From assembly GCF_009914755.1 (NCBI RefSeq), contig NC_060948.1: 64,000 nt of DNA; one strand, given 5' to 3'. The position numbers and the translations under genes are program-made. The stretch's first letter is position 1. Each line of letters begins with the position of its first letter. The notes under the pieces were generated by a model that had not been told where the DNA came from, did not search any database, and saw only the letters and a program-made list of their open reading frames with translations. Below are positions 26,991-42,234 of this stretch, one piece after another. Source of the DNA: the human T2T-CHM13v2.0 reference genome, Homo sapiens.

Positions 26991-29900
26991 TCAATAGGAA
27001 TGAAATAGAATGGAATTCAATATAAGGGAATGGCATCCAATGGCAAGGAATGGAGTGGACTCCAATGGAAACAACATGAAAGGAATATAATATAATGGAA
27101 TGGCATTGAACGAAATGGAAAGCAATGGAGTTAAAAGGTAAGATATCGAATGGAAAAGAATTGAATGGACTCGAATGGAATATAACGGAATGGAATGGAC
27201 TCGAATGGAATGTACTAGAGTTGAATGGAATCGAATGGAATGGAAAACAGTGGAAAGGAAAGGAAGGGAATTGAAAGGAAAGGAATAGAATGGAATGGAA
27301 TCGGATAGAATGGAATTGAATGGAATGGAAACTAAAGGAATAGAATAGAAAGGAATGGCATTGAATGGAATGGAATGGAATGGAATCAGATGGAACAGAA
27401 AGGAATGGAATAGAATCGAATGGTATGGCATCGAATGGATTGGAATGGAAAGGAATGGAATGAACTCGAATGGAATGTACTCAAATGGAATAGAATAGAA
27501 TGGAATGGAAGTAAATATAATGGACTCGAATGGAATGGATTGGAATAAATTGGAATTGAATGTATTGGATTCGATTGGAAAGGAATGGAATGGAATGGAA
27601 TGGATTCGAATGGAATGGAATCGAATGGAATGGAACGAATTGGAATGTAATTGAATGGCGTCGAAAACAGTAGAAAGAAATGAAGTTTAATCGAATGATA
27701 TCGAATGGAATTGAATGGAATGTACGCGAATGGAATGGACTGGAATGGAATGGACTCTATGGGAATGAAGAGGAGTGGAGTGGACTCGAATGTCATGGAG
27801 ACGATTGGAATGGAAAGGAATGCAAAGGAATGGAATGGAATGGAATCTGATGCATCGCAATGGAATGGAATGGGGTCGAATGGAATAGAATCGAAAGGAA
27901 TGGCATCCAATGGAATGGAAACGAATTGAATGGAATGGCATGGAATGGAATGGAAAGGAATATAATGGAAAGGAATCGGATGGAACGGAATGGAATGTAA
28001 TGGAGTCGAATGGAATAGAATCTAATAGAATTGCATTGATAGGAATGGAATCGAACGGACTCGAAAGGATTGGAGCCTAACAGAAGAGAATCGAACAGAA
28101 TAGCATCAAATGGAATGGAAATGAATGGAATGGAATGGAATGGAATGGAATGGAATGGAATGGAATGGAATGGACACACATGTAATGGACTTGAATGGAA
28201 TGGAATCAAATAGAATGGACGCGAATGGAATGGTCTCGAATGGAATTTATGAAAATAGAATGGAATCGAAATTCATTGAACATTATGGAATGGAATCAAA
28301 TGGAATGAAATCGAATGGAAGGAACCGGAATGGAATGTACTGGAATAGAACGGACTCGAATGTTACGGAAAGAAAAGTAAGTGATTCGGATGTCTTTTAA
28401 TTGAATGGAATGAAATCAAATGGAATGGAAAGGAATAAAATGGAATGGAATGAAATAGAATGCAATAGAATGGAAGGGAGTGGAGTCGAGTTGAATGGAA
28501 TCGAATTGAATGGAATAGAATGGAATAGAATCAAATGGAATGGATTCGAATGCAATGGAACCGAATGGAATGGACTGGAACATAATGGAATCGAAAGGAA
28601 TGGAAAGGAATTGAATGCAATGGAAAGCAATGGAATCGAATGTAATGGAGTCGTATGTAGTGGAGTCGAATGGAATGGAATCAAATGGAAGGAAAAGAAT
28701 ACAATCGAATGGAATAGAATAGAATACAACAGAATGAAACGGAGTGGAATCGAGTGGGATGGAATAGAATTCAATGGAATGGAAAGGAATGGAATCGAAT
28801 GGAATGGAATCGAATGGAATGGAACCGAACAAAATGGAATTGAACAGATTAGAATCGAATGGATCCGAATCGAATGGAATGGAATATAAGGGAATGGAAT
28901 GGAATGGAATGGACCCAAATGTAATGAACTCTAATGAAATGGACTTTAATAGAATGGATTAGAAAACAATGGGCTCGAATGGAATTTAATCAAGTCGAAT
29001 TTAATGGAATGGAATGGAATGCAAAACTATGGAATAGCATCAAATGGAATGGAACAGAATAGAGTGGAATGGAATGGAATACACAGGTATAGAACAGACT
29101 CGAATGTAATGGATTGCAATGTAAGTGATTCAAAGGGAATGGAATCAAATGGAATATAATCAAATGGAATGGAATGGAGTGCATTGGAATGGAATAAAAT
29201 GGAATGCAAACAATGGTACAGAACTCATTTGAATGTAGAGGAATGGAATCGAATGCAATGGAAAAGAATGGAATGGACACGAATGGAATGGATTGGAAAC
29301 AAATGGAATGGAAAGGATTTTAATCATACAGAACAAAATAGAATGCAATGGACTCGAATGAAATGGAGTCGAAGAGAATAGTATCAAATGGAAAGGAATG
29401 GAATGCAATCGAATCGAATGGAATGTTAATGAAATTAATTGAAAGGAATAGAATGGAATGAAGTGTAACGGAAAGATATCGAATTGAATGGAATTGAATG
29501 GAATGGACACAAACGGAATGGACTGGAATGGAATGAACTGGAAAGGAATGGAATGGAGCGGAACGGACTCGAGTGCAATGGAATCGAATGGTATAGAATA
29601 GAATGGAATGGAATGGAAAGGAATAGAAGGGAATGGAATCGGATCCAACGGGACAGATTGGAATGGGGTAGAATTGAATAGAATCGAATGGAATGGCATC
29701 GAATGTAATGGAATGGAATGGACTCGAATGGAATGGAGTGACATGTAATGGAATCGAAAGGAATGGAATCGAATGAAATGGAATTGAATGGAATAGAAAG
29801 GAATAGAATGGAATGGAGTTTAATGGAAAGATATTAAAAGTAATGGAATGGAATTGAGTGGACACGAATGGAATGGACTGGAATGGAAAGGACTCGAATG

Positions 29901-30811
29901 AAATGGAGCACATTAGAATGGACTCGAATGGAATGGATTGGAGTGGAATGGTCTCGAATGGATTGGAAACGAATGGAATGGAAAGGAGTAGAATGGAATG
30001 TAATCAAATGGAACGAAATGGAATGGAATGGATTCGACTGGAACAGAATTGAATGGAGTGGAATTGATTGGAATGGAATGCAATCGAATGGAATGAACAC
30101 GAATGGAATAGAATGAAATGAAATGGCATAGAATGGAATGGAATGGAATGGAATGGAATGGAATGGAATGGAATGGAATGGAATGGAATGGCATGGCATG
30201 GAACGTGATGGAATGGAATGAAATTGATTGGAATGGGATGGGCCCAAAAGTAAAGGACTCAAATAAAAGGGACTCAAATAGAATGAATTGGAAAGAAACG
30301 GTCTCGAATGTAATTCATTCGAATGGAATGATATTGAATGGAATGCAATAGTATGGAATGGTATCGAATAGAATGGAATAGAATGGAATGGAATGGAACG
30401 GAATGGAGTGCATTTGAACGGACTCAAATGCAATAAATTGCAATATAATTGATTCAAATGGAATGGAATCGAATAGAATGTAAACAAACGGAATGGAAGG
30501 CAATGCAATGGAAAGGAATCGAATGAAATGGACCCGAGTGGAATGGACTCACATAGAACAGCCTTGAATGTAATGGATGACAATGTATTAGATTCGAAAG
30601 GACTGAAATCGAATGGAATGTAATCAAATAGAACGGAATTGAATGCATGGAATGGCATAGAAAGTAATGCAATGGAATGGAATAGACTGGAATGGAATGG
30701 AATCGGATGGAATGTAATGAAATGTAATGGAAGGAATGCCATGGAATGGAATGGAATGGAATGCAATGGGCCGGTGTATAATGGAGTGCAATGGAATTCA
30801 GTGGAATGTAG
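26991..30811 (+). repeat. Higher-order unit U8, 3821 bp
   Basis: Anchor spacing. Tract A +1, tract B +1. Confidence 0.92.
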
Positions 30812-33800
30812 TCAATAGGAATGAAATAGAATGGAATTCAATATAAGGGAATGGCATCCAATGGCAAGGAATGGAGTGGACTCCAATGGAAACAACATGA
30901 AAGGAATATAATATAATGGAATGGCATTGAACGAAATGGAAAGCAATGGAGTTAAAAGGTAAGATATCGAATGGAAAAGAATTGAATGGACTCGAATGGA
31001 ATATAACGGAATGGAATGGACTCGAATGGAATGTACTAGAGTTGAATGGAATCGAATGGAATGGAAAACAGTGGAAAGGAAAGGAAGGGAATTGAAAGGA
31101 AAGGAATAGAATGGAATGGAATCGGATAGAATGGAATTGAATGGAATGGAAACTAAAGGAATAGAATAGAAAGGAATGGCATTGAATGGAATGGAATGGA
31201 ATGGAATCAGATGGAACAGAAAGGAATGGAATAGAATCGAATGGTATGGCATCGAATGGATTGGAATGGAAAGGAATGGAATGAACTCGAATGGAATGTA
31301 CTCAAATGGAATAGAATAGAATGGAATGGAAGTAAATATAATGGACTCGAATGGAATGGATTGGAATAAATTGGAATTGAATGTATTGGATTCGATTGGA
31401 AAGGAATGGAATGGAATGGAATGGATTCGAATGGAATGGAATCGAATGGAATGGAACGAATTGGAATGTAATTGAATGGCGTCGAAAACAGTAGAAAGAA
31501 ATGAAGTTTAATCGAATGATATCGAATGGAATTGAATGGAATGTACGCGAATGGAATGGACTGGAATGGAATGGACTCTATGGGAATGAAGAGGAGTGGA
31601 GTGGACTCGAATGTCATGGAGACGATTGGAATGGAAAGGAATGCAAAGGAATGGAATGGAATGGAATCTGATGCATCGCAATGGAATGGAATGGGGTCGA
31701 ATGGAATAGAATCGAAAGGAATGGCATCCAATGGAATGGAAACGAATTGAATGGAATGGCATGGAATGGAATGGAAAGGAATATAATGGAAAGGAATCGG
31801 ATGGAACGGAATGGAATGGAATGGAGTCGAATGGAATAGAATCTAATAGAATTGCATTGATAGGAATGGAATCGAACGGACTCGAAAGGATTGGAGCCTA
31901 ACAGAAGAGAATCGAACAGAATAGCATCAAATGGAATGGAAATGAATGGAATGGAATGGAATGGAATGGAATGGAATGGAATGGAATGGACACACATGTA
32001 ATGGACTTGAATGGAATGGAATCAAATAGAATGGACGCGAATGGAATGGTCTCGAATGGAATTTATGAAAATAGAATGGAATCGAAATTCATTGAACATT
32101 ATGGAATGGAATCAAATGGAATGAAATCGAATGGAAGGAACCGGAATGGAATGTACTGGAATAGAACGGACTCGAATGTTACGGAAAGAAAAGTAATTGA
32201 TTCGGATGTCTTTTAATTGAATGGAATGAAATCAAATGGAATGGAAAGGAATAAAATGGAATGGAATGAAATAGAATGCAATAGAATGGAAGGGAGTGGA
32301 GTCGAGTTGAATGGAATCGAATTGAATGGAATAGAATGGAATAGAATCAAATGGAATGGATTCGAATGCAATGGAACCGAATGGAATGGACTGGAACATA
32401 ATGGAATCGAAAGGAATGGAAAGGAATTGAATGCAATGGAAAGCAATGGAATCGAATGTAATGGAGTCGTATGTAGTGGAGTCGAATGGAATGGAATCAA
32501 ATGGAAGGAAAAGAATACAATCGAATGGAATAGAATAGAATACAACAGAATGAAACGGAGTGGAATCGAGTGGGATGGAATAGAATTCAATGGAATGGAA
32601 AGGAATGGAATCGAATGGAATGGAATCGAATGTAATGGAATCGAATGGAATGGAACCGAACAAAATGGAATTGAACAGATTAGAATCGAATGGATCCGAA
32701 TCGAATGGAATGGAATATAAGGGAATGGAATGGAATGGAATGGACCCAAATGTAATGAACTCTAATGAAATGGACTTTAATAGAATGGATTAGAAAACAA
32801 TGGGCTCGAATGGAATTTAATCAAGTCGAATTTAATGGAATGGAATGGAATGCAAAACTATGGAATAGCATCAAATGGAATGGAACAGAATAGAGTGGAA
32901 TGGAATGGAATACACAGGTATAGAACAGACTCGAATGTAATGGATTGCAATGTAAGTGATTCAAAGGGAATGGAATCAAATGGAATATAATCAAATGGAA
33001 TGGAATGGAGTGCATTGGAATGGAATAAAATGGAATGCAAACAATGGTACAGAACTCATTTGAATGTAGAGGAATGGAATCGAATGCAATGGAAAAGAAT
33101 GGAATGGACACGAATGGAATGGATTGGAAACAAATGGAATGGAAAGGATTTTAATCATACAGAACAAAATAGAATGCAATGGACTCGAATGAAATGGAGT
33201 CGAAGAGAATAGTATCAAATGGAAAGGAATGGAATGCAATCGAATCGAATGGAATGTTAATGAAATTAATTGAAAGGAATAGAATGGAATGAAGTGTAAC
33301 GGAAAGATATCGAATTGAATGGAATTGAATGGAATGGACACAAACGGAATGGACTGGAATGGAATGAACTGGAAAGGAATGGAATGGAGCGGAACGGACT
33401 CGAGTGCAATGGAATCGAATGGTATAGAATAGAATGGAATGGAATGGAAAGGAATAGAAGGGAATGGAATCGGATCCAACGGGACAGATTGGAATGGGGT
33501 AGAATTGAATAGAATCGAATGGAATGGCATCGAATGTAATGGAATGGAATGGACTCGAATGGAATGGAGTGACATGTAATGGAATCGAAAGGAATGGAAT
33601 CGAATGAAATGGAATTGAATGGAATAGAAAGGAATAGAATGGAATGGAGTTTAATGGAAAGATATTAAAAGTAATGGAATGGAATTGAGTGGACACGAAT
33701 GGAATGGACTGGAATGGAAAGGACTCGAATGAAATGGAGCGCATTAGAATGGACTCGAATGGAATGGATTGGAGTGGAATGGTCTCGAATGGATTGGAAA

Positions 33801-34632
33801 CGAATGGAATGGAAAGGAGTAGAATGGAATGTAATCAAATGGAACGAAATGGAATGGAATGGATTCGACTGGAACAGAATTGAATGGAGTGGAATTGATT
33901 GGAATGGAATGCAATCGAATGGAATGAACACGAATGGAATAGAATGAAATGAAATGGCATAGAATGGAATGGAATGGAATGGAATGGAATGGAATGGAAT
34001 GGAATGGAATGGCATGGCATGGAACGTGATGGAATGGAATGAAATTGATTGGAATGGGATGGGCCCAAAAGTAAAGGACTCAAATAAAAGGGACTCAAAT
34101 AGAATGAATTGGAAAGAAACGGTCTCGAATGTAATTCATTCGAATGGAATGATATTGAATGGAATGCAATAGTATGGAATGGTATCGAATAGAATGGAAT
34201 AGAATGGAATGGAATGGAACGGAATGGAGTGCATTTGAACGGACTCAAATGCAATAAATTGCAATATAATTGATTCAAATGGAATGGAATCGAATAGAAT
34301 GTAAACAAACGGAATGGAAGGCAATGCAATGGAAAGGAATCGAATGAAATGGACCCGAGTGGAATGGACTCACATAGAACAGCCTTGAATGTAATGGATG
34401 ACAATGTATTAGATTCGAAAGGACTGAAATCGAATGGAATGTAATCAAATAGAACGGAATTGAATGCATGGAATGGCATAGAAAGTAATGCAATGGAATG
34501 GAATAGACTGGAATGGAATGGAATCGGATGGAATGTAATGAAATGTAATGGAAGGAATGCCATGGAATGGAATGGAATGGAATGCAATGGGCCGGTGTAT
34601 AATGGAGTGCAATGGAATTCAGTGGAATGTAG
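30812..34632 (+). repeat. Higher-order unit U9, 3821 bp
   Basis: Anchor spacing. 15-bp insertion near 32631-32645; tract B -1. Confidence 0.92.
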
Positions 34633-37600
34633 TCAATAGGAATGAAATAGAATGGAATTCAATATAAGGGAATGGCATCCAATGGCAAGGAATGGAGTGG
34701 ACTCCAATGGAAACAACATGAAAGGAATATAATATAATGGAATGGCATTGAACGAAATGGAAAGCAATGGAGTTAAAAGGTAAGATATCGAATGGAAAAG
34801 AATTGAATGGACTCGAATGGAATATAACGGAATGGAATGGACTCGAATGGAATGTACTAGAGTTGAATGGAATCGAATGGAATGGAAAACAGTGGAAAGG
34901 AAAGGAAGGGAATTGAAAGGAAAGGAATAGAATGGAATGGAATCGGATAGAATGGAATTGAATGGAATGGAAACTAAAGGAATAGAATAGAAAGGAATGG
35001 CATTGAATGGAATGGAATGGAATGGAATCAGATGGAACAGAAAGGAATGGAATAGAATCGAATGGTATGGCATCGAATGGATTGGAATGGAAAGGAATGG
35101 AATGAACTCGAATGGAATGTACTCAAATGGAATAGAATAGAATGGAATGGAAGTAAATATAATGGACTCGAATGGAATGGATTGGAATAAATTGGAATTG
35201 AATGTATTGGATTCGATTGGAAAGGAATGGAATGGAATGGAATGGATTCGAATGGAATGGAATCGAATGGAATGGAACGAATTGGAATGTAATTGAATGG
35301 CGTCGAAAACAGTAGAAAGAAATGAAGTTTAATCGAATGATATCGAATGGAATTGAATGGAATGTACGCGAATGGAATGGACTGGAATGGAATGGACTCT
35401 ATGGGAATGAAGAGGAGTGGAGTGGACTCGAATGTCATGGAGACGATTGGAATGGAAAGGAATGCAAAGGAATGGAATGGAATGGAATCTGATGCATCGC
35501 AATGGAATGGAATGGGGTCGAATGGAATAGAATCGAAAGGAATGACATCCAATGGAATGGAAACGAATTGAATGGAATGGCATGGAATGGAATGGAAAGG
35601 AATATAATGGAAAGGAATCGGATGGAACGGAATGGAATGTAATGGAGTCGAATGGAATAGAATCTAATAGAATTGCATTGATAGGAATGGAATCGAACGG
35701 ACTCGAAAGGATTGGAGCCTAACAGAAGAGAATCGAACAGAATAGCATCAAATGGAATGGAAATGAATGGAATGGAATGGAATGGAATGGAATGGAATGG
35801 AATGGACACACATGTAATGGACTTGAATGGAATGGAATCAAATAGAATGGACGCGAATGGAATGGTCTCGAATGGAATTTATGAAAATAGAATGGAATCG
35901 AAATTCATTGAACATTATGGAATGGAATCAAATGGAATGAAATCGAATGGAAGGAACCGGAATGGAATGTACTGGAATAGAACGGACTCGAATGTTACGG
36001 AAAGAAAAGTAAGTGATTCGGATGTCTTTTAATTGAATGGAATGAAATCAAATGGAATGGAAAGGAATAAAATGGAATGGAATGAAATAGAATGCAATAG
36101 AATGGAAGGGAGTGGAGTCGAGTTGAATGGAATCGAATTGAATGGAATAGAATGGAATAGAATCAAATGGAATGGATTCGAATGCAATGGAACCGAATGG
36201 AATGGACTGGAACATAATGGAATCGAAAGGAATGGAAAGGAATTGAATGCAATGGAAAGCAATGGAATCGAATGTAATGGAGTCGTATGTAGTGGAGTCG
36301 AATGGAATGGAATCAAATGGAAGGAAAAGAATACAATCGAATGGAATAGAATAGAATGCAACAGAATGAAACGGAGTGGAATCGAGTGGGATGGAATAGA
36401 ATTCAATGGAATGGAAAGGAATGGAATCGAATGGAATGGAATCGAATGGAATGGAACCGAACAAAATGGAATTGAACAGATTAGAATCGAATGGATCCGA
36501 ATCGAATGGAATGGAATATAAGGGAATGGAATGGAATGGAATGGACCCAAATGTAATGAACTCTAATGAAATGGACTTTAATAGAATGGATTAGAAAACA
36601 ATGGGCTCAAATGGAATTTAATCAAGTCGAGTTTAATGGAATGGAATGGAATGCAAAACTATGGAATAGCATCAAATGGAATGGAACAGAATAGAGTGGA
36701 ATGGAATGGAATACACAGGTATAGAACAGACTCGAATGTAATGGATTGCAATGTAAGTGATTCAAAGGGAATGGAATCAAATGGAATATAATCAAATGGA
36801 ATGGAATGGAGTGCATTGGAATGGAATAAAATGGAATGCAAACAATGGTACAGAACTCATTTGAATGTAGAGGAATGGAATCGAATGCAATGGAAAAGAA
36901 TGGAATGGACACGAATGGAATGGATTGGAAACAAATGGAATGGAAAGGATTTTAATCATACAGAACAAAATAGAATGCAATGGACTCGAATGAAATGGAG
37001 TCGAAGAGAATAGTATCAAATGGAAAGGAATGGAATGCAATCGAATCGAATGGAATGTTAATGAAATTAATTGAAAGGAATAGAATGGAATGAAGTGTAA
37101 CGGAAAGATATCGAATTGAATGGAATTGAATGGAATGGACACAAACGGAATGGACTGGAATGGAATGAACTGGAAAGGAATGGAATGGAGCGGAACGGAC
37201 TCGAGTGCAATGGAATCGAATGGTATAGAATAGAATGGAATGGAATGGAAAGGAATAGAAGGGAATGGAATCGGATCCAACGGGACAGATTGGAATGGGG
37301 TAGAATTGAATAGAATCGAATGGAATGGCATCGAATGTAATGGAATGGAATGGACTCGAATGGAATGGAGTGACATGTAATGGAATCGAAAGGAATGGAA
37401 TCGAATGAAATGGAATTGAATGGAATAGAAAGGAATAGAATGGAATGGAGTTTAATGGAAAGATATTAAAAGTAATGGAATGGAATTGAGTGGACACGAA
37501 TGGAATGGACTGGAATGGAAAGGACTCGAATGAAATGGAGTGCATTAGAATGGACTCGAATGGAATGGATTGGAGTGGAATGGTCTCGAATGGATTGGAA

Positions 37601-38438
37601 ACGAATGGAATGGAAAGGAGTAGAATGGAATGTAATCAAATGGAACGAAATGGAATGGAATGGATTCGACTGGAACAGAATTGAATGGAGTGGAATTGAT
37701 TGGAATGGAATGCAATCGAATGGAATGAACACGAATGGAATAGAATGAAATGAAATGGCATAGAATGGAATGGAATGGAATGGAATGGAATGGAATGGAA
37801 TGGAATGGAATGGAATGGCATGGCATGGAACGTGATGGAATGGAATGAAATTGATTGGAATGGGATGGGCCCAAAAGTAAAGGACTCAAATAAAAGGGAC
37901 TCAAATAGAATGAATTGGAAAGAAACGGTCTCGAATGTAATTCATTCGAATGGAATGATATTGAATGGAATGCAATAGTATGGAATGGTATCGAATAGAA
38001 TGGAATAGAATGGAATGGAATGGAACGGAATGGAGTGCATTTGAACGGACTCAAATGCAATAAATTGCAATATAATTGATTCAAATGGAATGGAATCGAA
38101 TAGAATGTAAACAAACGGAATGGAAGGCAATGCAATGGAAAGGAATCGAATGAAATGGACCCGAGTGGAATGGACTCACATAGAACAGCCTTGAATGTAA
38201 TGGATGACAATGTATTAGATTCGAAAGGACTGAAATCGAATGGAATGTAATCAAATAGAACGGAATTGAATGCATGGAATGGCATAGAAAGTAATGCAAT
38301 GGAATGGAATAGACTGGAATGGAATGGAATCGGATGGAATGTAATGAAATGTAATGGAAGGAATGCCATGGAATGGAATGGAATGGAATGCAATGGGCCG
38401 GTGTATAATGGAGTGCAATGGAATTCAGTGGAATGTAG
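34633..38438 (+). repeat. Higher-order unit U10, 3806 bp
   Basis: Anchor spacing. Tract A -1. Confidence 0.92.
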
Positions 38439-41400
38439 TCAATAGGAATGAAATAGAATGGAATTCAATATAAGGGAATGGCATCCAATGGCAAGGAATG
38501 GAGTGGACTCCAATGGAAACAACATGAAAGGAATATAATATAATGGAATGGCATTGAACGAAATGGAAAGCAATGGAGTTAAAAGGTAAGATATCGAATG
38601 GAAAAGAATTGAATGGACTCGAATGGAATATAACGGAATGGAATGGACTCGAATGGAATGTACTAGAGTTGAATGGAATCGAATGGAATGGAAAACAGTG
38701 GAAAGGAAAGGAAGGGAATTGAAAGGAAAGGAATAGAATGGAATGGAATCGGATAGAATGGAATTGAATGGAATGGAAACTAAAGGAATAGAATAGAAAG
38801 GAATGGCATTGAATGGAATGGAATGGAATGGAATCAGATGGAACAGAAAGGAATGGAATAGAATCGAATGGTATGGCATCGAATGGATTGGAATGGAAAG
38901 GAATGGAATGAACTCGAATGGAATGTACTCAAATGGAATAGAATAGAATGGAATGGAAGTAAATATAATGGACTCGAATGGAATGGATTGGAATAAATTG
39001 GAATTGAATGTATTGGATTCGATTGGAAAGGAATGGAATGGAATGGAATGGATTCGAATGGAATGGAATCGAATGGAATGGAACGAATTGGAATGTAATT
39101 GAATGGCGTCGAAAACAGTAGAAAGAAATGAAGTTTAATCGAATGATATCGAATGGAATTGAATGGAATGTACGCGAATGGAATGGACTGGAATGGAATG
39201 GACTCTATGGGAATGAAGAGGAGTGGAGTGGACTCGAATGTCATGGAGACGATTGGAATGGAAAGGAATGCAAAGGAATGGAATGGAATGGAATCTGATG
39301 CATCGCAATGGAATGGAATGGGGTCGAATGGAATAGAATCGAAAGGAATGGCATCCAATGGAATGGAAACGAATTGAATGGAATGGCATGGAATGGAATG
39401 GAAAGGAATATAATGGAAAGGAATCGGATGGAACGGAATGGAATGTAATGGAGTCGAATGGAATAGAATCTAATAGAATTGCATTGATAGGAATGGAATC
39501 GAACGGACTCGAAAGGATTGGAGCCTAACAGAAGAGAATCGAACAGAATAGCATCAAATGGAATGGAAATGAATGGAATGGAATGGAATGGAATGGAATG
39601 GAATGGAATGGACACACATGTAATGGACTTGAATGGAATGGAATCAAATAGAATGGACGCGAATGGAATGGTCTCGAATGGAATTTATGAAAATAGAATG
39701 GAATCGAAATTCATTGAACATTATGGAATGGAATCAAATGGAATGAAATCGAATGGAAGGAACCGGAATGGAATGTACTGGAATAGAACGGACTCGAATG
39801 TTACGGAAAGAAAAGTAAGTGATTCGGATGTCTTTTAATTGAATGGAATGAAATCAAATGGAATGGAAAGGAATAAAATGGAATGGAATGAAATAGAATG
39901 CAATAGAATGGAAGGGAGTGGAGTCGAGTTGAATGGAATCGAATTGAATGGAATAGAATGGAATAGAATCAAATGGAATGGATTCGAATGCAATGGAACC
40001 GAATGGAATGGACTGGAACATAATGGAATCGAAAGGAATGGAAAGGAATTGAATGCAATGGAAAGCAATGGAATCGAATGTAATGGAGTCGTATGTAGTG
40101 GAGTCGAATGGAATGGAATCAAATGGAAGGAAAAGAATACAATCGAATGGAATAGAATACAACAGAATGAAACGGAGTGGAATCGAGTGGGATGGAATAG
40201 AATTCAATGGAATGGAAAGGAATGGAATCGAATGGAATGGAATCGAATGGAATGGAACCGAACAAAATGGAATTGAACAGATTAGAATCGAATGGATCCG
40301 AATCGAATGGAATGGAATATAAGGGAATGGAATGGAATGGAATGGACCCAAATGTAATGAACTCTAATGAAATGGACTTTAATAGAATGGATTAGAAAAC
40401 AATGGGCTCGAATGGAATTTAATCAAGTCGAATTTAATGGAATGGAATGGAATGCAAAACTATGGAATAGCATCAAATGGAATGGAACAGAATAGAGTGG
40501 AATGGAATGGAATACACAGGTATAGAACAGACTCGAATGTAATGGATTGCAATGTAAGTGATTCAAAGGGAATGGAATCAAATGGAATATAATCAAATGG
40601 AATGGAATGGAGTGCATTGGAATGGAATAAAATGGAATGCAAACAATGGTACAGAACTCATTTGAATCTAGAGGAATGGAATCGAATGCAATGGAAAAGA
40701 ATGGAATGGACACGAATGGAATGGATTGGAAACAAATGGAATGGAAAGGATTTTAATCATACAGAACAAAATAGAATGCAATGGACTCGAATGAAATGGA
40801 GTCGAAGAGAATAGTATCAAATGGAAAGGAATGGAATGCAATCGAATCGAATGGAATGTTAATGAAATTAATTGAAAGGAATAGAATGGAATGAAGTGTA
40901 ACGGAAAGATATCGAATTGAATGGAATTGAATGGAATGGACACAAACGGAATGGACTGGAATGGAATGAACTCGAAAGGAATGGAATGGAGCGGAACGGA
41001 CTCGAGTGCAATGGAATCGAATGGTATAGAATAGAATGGAATGGAATGGAAAGGAATAGAAGGGAATGGAATCGGATCCAACGGGACAGATTGGAATGGG
41101 GTAGAATTGAATAGAATCGAATGGAATGGCATCGAATGTAATGGAATGGAATGGACTCGAATGGAATGGAGTGACATGTAATGGAATCGAAAGGAATGGA
41201 ATCGAATGAAATGGAATTGAATGGAATAGAAAGGAATAGAATGGAATGGAGTTTAATGGAAAGATATTAAAAGTAATGGAATGGAATTGAGTGGACACGA
41301 ATGGAATGGACTGGAATGGAAAGGACTCGAATGAAATGGAGTGCATTAGAATGGACTCGAATGGAATGGATTGGAGTGGAATGGTCTCGAATGGATTGGA

Positions 41401-42234
41401 AACGAATGGAATGGAAAGGAGTAGAATGGAATGTAATCAAATGGAACGAAATGGAATGGAATGGATTCGACTGGAACAGAATTGAATGGAGTGGAATTGA
41501 TTGGAATGGAATGCAATCGAATGGAATGAACACGAATGGAATAGAATGAAATGAAATGGCATAGAATGGAATGGAATGGAATGGAATGGAATGGAATGGA
41601 ATGGAATGGAATGGCATGGCATGGAACGTGATGGAATGGAATGAAATTGATTGGAATGGGATGGGCCCAAAAGTAAAGGACTCAAATAAAAGGGACTCAA
41701 ATAGAATGAATTGGAAAGAAACGGTCTCGAATGTAATTCATTCGAATGGAATGATATTGAATGGAATGCAATAGTATGGAATGGTATCGAATAGAATGGA
41801 ATAGAATGGAATGGAATGGAACGGAATGGAGTGCATTTGAACGGACTCAAATGCAATAAATTGCAATATAATTGATTCAAATGGAATGGAATCGAATAGA
41901 ATGTAAACAAACGGAATGGAAGGCAATGCAATGGAAAGGAATCGAATGAAATGGACCCGAGTGGAATGGACTCACATAGAACAGCCTTGAATGTAATGGA
42001 TGACAATGTATTAGATTCGAAAGGACTGAAATCGAATGGAATGTAATCAAATAGAACGGAATTGAATGCATGGAATGGCATAGAAAGTAATGCAATGGAA
42101 TGGAATAGACTGGAATGGAATGGAATCGGATGGAATGTAATGAAATGTAATGGAAGGAATGCCATGGAATGGAATGGAATGGAATGCAATGGGCCGGTGT
42201 ATAATGGAGTGCAATGGAATTCAGTGGAATGTAG
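38439..42234 (+). repeat. Higher-order unit U11, 3796 bp
   Basis: Anchor spacing. Tract A -1, loss of one GAATA near 40150, tract B -1. Confidence 0.92.
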
